From the sequence record NC_061447.1: a stretch of 64,000 nucleotides of DNA; one strand, written 5' to 3'. Shown piece by piece: positions 61,913 to 64,000 of the stretch. The notes beneath the pieces are model-generated. The model had not been told where the DNA came from and made no database searches. It saw only the letters and a program-made list of their open reading frames with translations. Positions within the stretch are counted from its first letter, which is position 1, and the number at the start of each line of letters is the position of its first letter. The position numbers were made by a program, and so were the translations under genes.

Positions 61913-64000
61913 TTACGCGATACCAGAACCTGGGTTCGATGAACCGTAGGTCAGTTTGAACGTGTACGCCAGATTATCGAACGGGAAGTCGTTACGATAG
62001 ATAACGTAATCAACACCGTTGATAGTCACTTCGGCAGGACCAGCAAAGTTGAAGTCATCGAACTCCAACGCACCATCCCATGAACCAGCAAAGCCCTGTA
62101 CGGACTCAACGAAGTAACCATAGCCAAGAGACTTAGGCCACGCAACGTAGAAGAACACGTTGTTCGTTGATGTACTGGTATTCGCAGGACAGTTCAGGAG
62201 CTGTTCACCGCTCGTAGTCAGCGCTGTTTGCAGACCTTGTACGAATGCCGCATCGTAGCCCGCTGTAGACTTGATCTTAGAGTGAGAGCCGAAGCGAGCA
62301 CCCAAGTCAGAGGACTGTTGCGGTTTGAGCGTAACGTCTTTGGTCGCAGTAACCGTCTTACCGTTCTTAACGTAAGTAACGGTGATAGTCACTACAGCAT
62401 CAGCAGTAACGGCGTCAGACTTCAACGAGCCACCAGTGATGCTCAGGCCGGTTGCAGTGCCAGATTTCACAGCTACTGCCCACGTTGTACCACTATCTGC
62501 CGTAACATCAGGCGTGGTGCCGTCAGACAGAGTAGCAGTCGCAGTGTATGCAGTAGTCACGCCACCAATGATTGAAGCTGGACCAGTGATAGTCACAGAG
62601 TCAGGAGTCGGTGGAGCTGGCGTGTTCGTTACAGTCAGTGTCGCGGTTTGCGCTTGGCTGTTATACGAAGCAGTACCAGTGATAACTGCGGTCTGAGTAG
62701 TGCTCACAGTGTTACCTGTGATGGTGTTGTTGCCGTTGAACGTGAAGCCTGTAGTAGAACCAGAGCTACGCGTAACAACAGGTGTCAGGTCAACCGTCGT
62801 GTTATCAGAGAACGTCAGACGGAGAATGTAGGTACCAGTCTCGCCTTTGTTCACAGCAGTAGGACCAATCAGCTCGCGCTTGGTGATCGTTGCTGCCTGA
62901 TTGATAAGCTGAATCACTTTCTCTGGTGCATACGTCTGGCCATCGACCGTGACGTTAGCAGCACGAAGCGTAGCAGTCTGGTTCTGGCTAATCGAGTTAG
63001 CAGGTACGGTCAGCTTCACGCGAGTTGAAGTAGAACCGACAGACATAGTTGCATACGCAGCGCCCTGAGGCAGTGACCACGTTGGCAGTGACGGATATTC
63101 GTTCGTCGCACCAGACAGACGAGTAACACGAACGAGATAATCACCAGACACCGTACCCTCAGTGATAGAGTCATCACCGATGATTTCCACTTTGCTCACA
63201 TCGTCAGTTGGACCAACAACGGAGAACTGCACGTTACCAGTTTTGGTAACAGAACCAACAGTCGCAGCAACGTTAAGCTGGAAGGTCAGTGTGCCGTAGA
63301 AACCAGTGAGTGGTGCTTTGGTGCGAATACGCCAACCAGTAGTGCCGCCAGCAACGATCTCAAAGTAAGTCTGAGCCGCAGATGACAGCGTATAAGACAG
63401 TTCACCACTAGTACCCTCACGAGTAGTAGAGTCGGAGAATGTCAGGATGCTATGCAGGTCACGCGTCACACCAGATGCAGTGCCGAAGTCAAACACAGGC
63501 GATGGCGCTTGTGGCTGAACGGACAGCAGACTGATAACGATGACGTTCTTAACCAGCACGGATTTCTGTGCGTTGCGACCATCGTAAGTAGCGCGAATCA
63601 GAACAGTCGTGTCCTGAGTGACTTCACCAGCAGACAGCACACCAGTCTGTGCAATGCTTGCGATAGCGCTTCCCTGAATCACAGACCACGTTGGGTTAGT
63701 TACCTGACGCTCTGTACTGTCGGAGAGAATTTCCCACGCGGTGTATTGCGAAGTGGTGTTCTCGTTCATCGAGTCATTACCACGAACTTCCAGAGATACC
63801 ACAGTCGGCGGGTTACCAACAATAGTTACCTGAAGGGTGGTGTTCTTCGAGATACCGTTTTCAGTATACGCAGCGTAGATGGTAACGCTGGTATTAGCGA
63901 TAGGTACTGCGCCAGCAATCAGTTCAGAGTTGCTGAATGTTGCGTACTGCGAAGCCGTCTGCAAACGGAACTCGTTAGGAGTAATCGTCGCAGTGTGGCC
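61913..64000 (-). CDS. Multi-Ig-like-domain virion protein, 5'-truncated by the window edge
   Basis: Frame stays open from the track start 63964 to base 64000 (GHTATITPNEFR-LQTASQY). Repeated (V/L)EI.G...(I/V).(E/G)G....Y...T.(S/L).DG units. Confidence 0.85.
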   Translation of the reverse strand, partial: GHTATITPNEFRLQTASQYATFSNSELIAGAVPIANTSVTIYAAYTENGISKNTTLQVTIVGNPPTVVSLEVRGNDSMNENTTSQYTAWEILSDSTERQVTNPTWSVIQGSAIASIAQTGVLSAGEVTQDTTVLIRATYDGRNAQKSVLVKNVIVISLLSVQPQAPSPVFDFGTASGVTRDLHSILTFSDSTTREGTSGELSYTLSSAAQTYFEIVAGGTTGWRIRTKAPLTGFYGTLTFQLNVAATVGSVTKTGNVQFSVVGPTDDVSKVEIIGDDSITEGTVSGDYLVRVTRLSGATNEYPSLPTWSLPQGAAYATMSVGSTSTRVKLTVPANSISQNQTATLRAANVTVDGQTYAPEKVIQLINQAATITKRELIGPTAVNKGETGTYILRLTFSDNTTVDLTPVVTRSSGSTTGFTFNGNNTITGNTVSTTQTAVITGTASYNSQAQTATLTVTNTPAPPTPDSVTITGPASIIGGVTTAYTATATLSDGTTPDVTADSGTTWAVAVKSGTATGLSITGGSLKSDAVTADAVVTITVTYVKNGKTVTATKDVTLKPQQSSDLGARFGSHSKIKSTAGYDAAFVQGLQTALTTSGEQLLNCPANTSTSTNNVFFYVAWPKSLGYGYFVESVQGFAGSWDGALEFDDFNFAGPAEVTINGVDYVIYRNDFPFDNLAYTFKLTYGSSNPGSGIA

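Overview
This window is the virion-morphogenesis region of a large contractile-tailed (jumbo myovirus-type) bacteriophage. Every credible gene is on the minus strand, so the operon order runs from 64000 down to 1. In that order: Ig-like and fibre proteins; NAD-dependent DNA ligase; a GT2-TPR glycosyltransferase; the head module (prohead protease-like, HExxH protein, acidic Zn-ribbon scaffold-like protein, decoration-like protein, major capsid protein); tail terminator, sheath and tube; chaperones; a tape-measure-like protein with a muramidase-like domain; baseplate hub and spike; a Nudix / MmcB-like / thymidylate kinase island; PAAR and wedge proteins; tail fibre; four collagen-like paralogues (one ending in a Hint domain); lectin-like adhesins; and a small envelope-protein cassette. 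From memory, not from a database search, the gene content resembles the hairy jumbo myoviruses of the Erwinia Y3 / Alexandra, Dickeya AD1/JA, Pseudomonas Lu11 and Ralstonia RSL1 type. The most striking unexplained element is an approximately 1.23-kb, minus-strand transcription unit at 21493-22721 with no minus-strand ORF of 60 aa or more. It has its own sigma70 promoter and a cUUCGg terminator, many perfect stems, a duplicated 30-nt stem-loop and a Shine-Dalgarno-led 52-aa hydrophobic sORF. Other highlights are an exactly register-conserved Cys in all four collagens, the Hint domain, a candidate phage late promoter (GCTAATTT), a recurrent S-x-S motif and a domain shared by four unrelated head-region proteins. 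No CRISPR array, tRNA, rRNA or transposase was seen. All family assignments are by-eye motif recognition.
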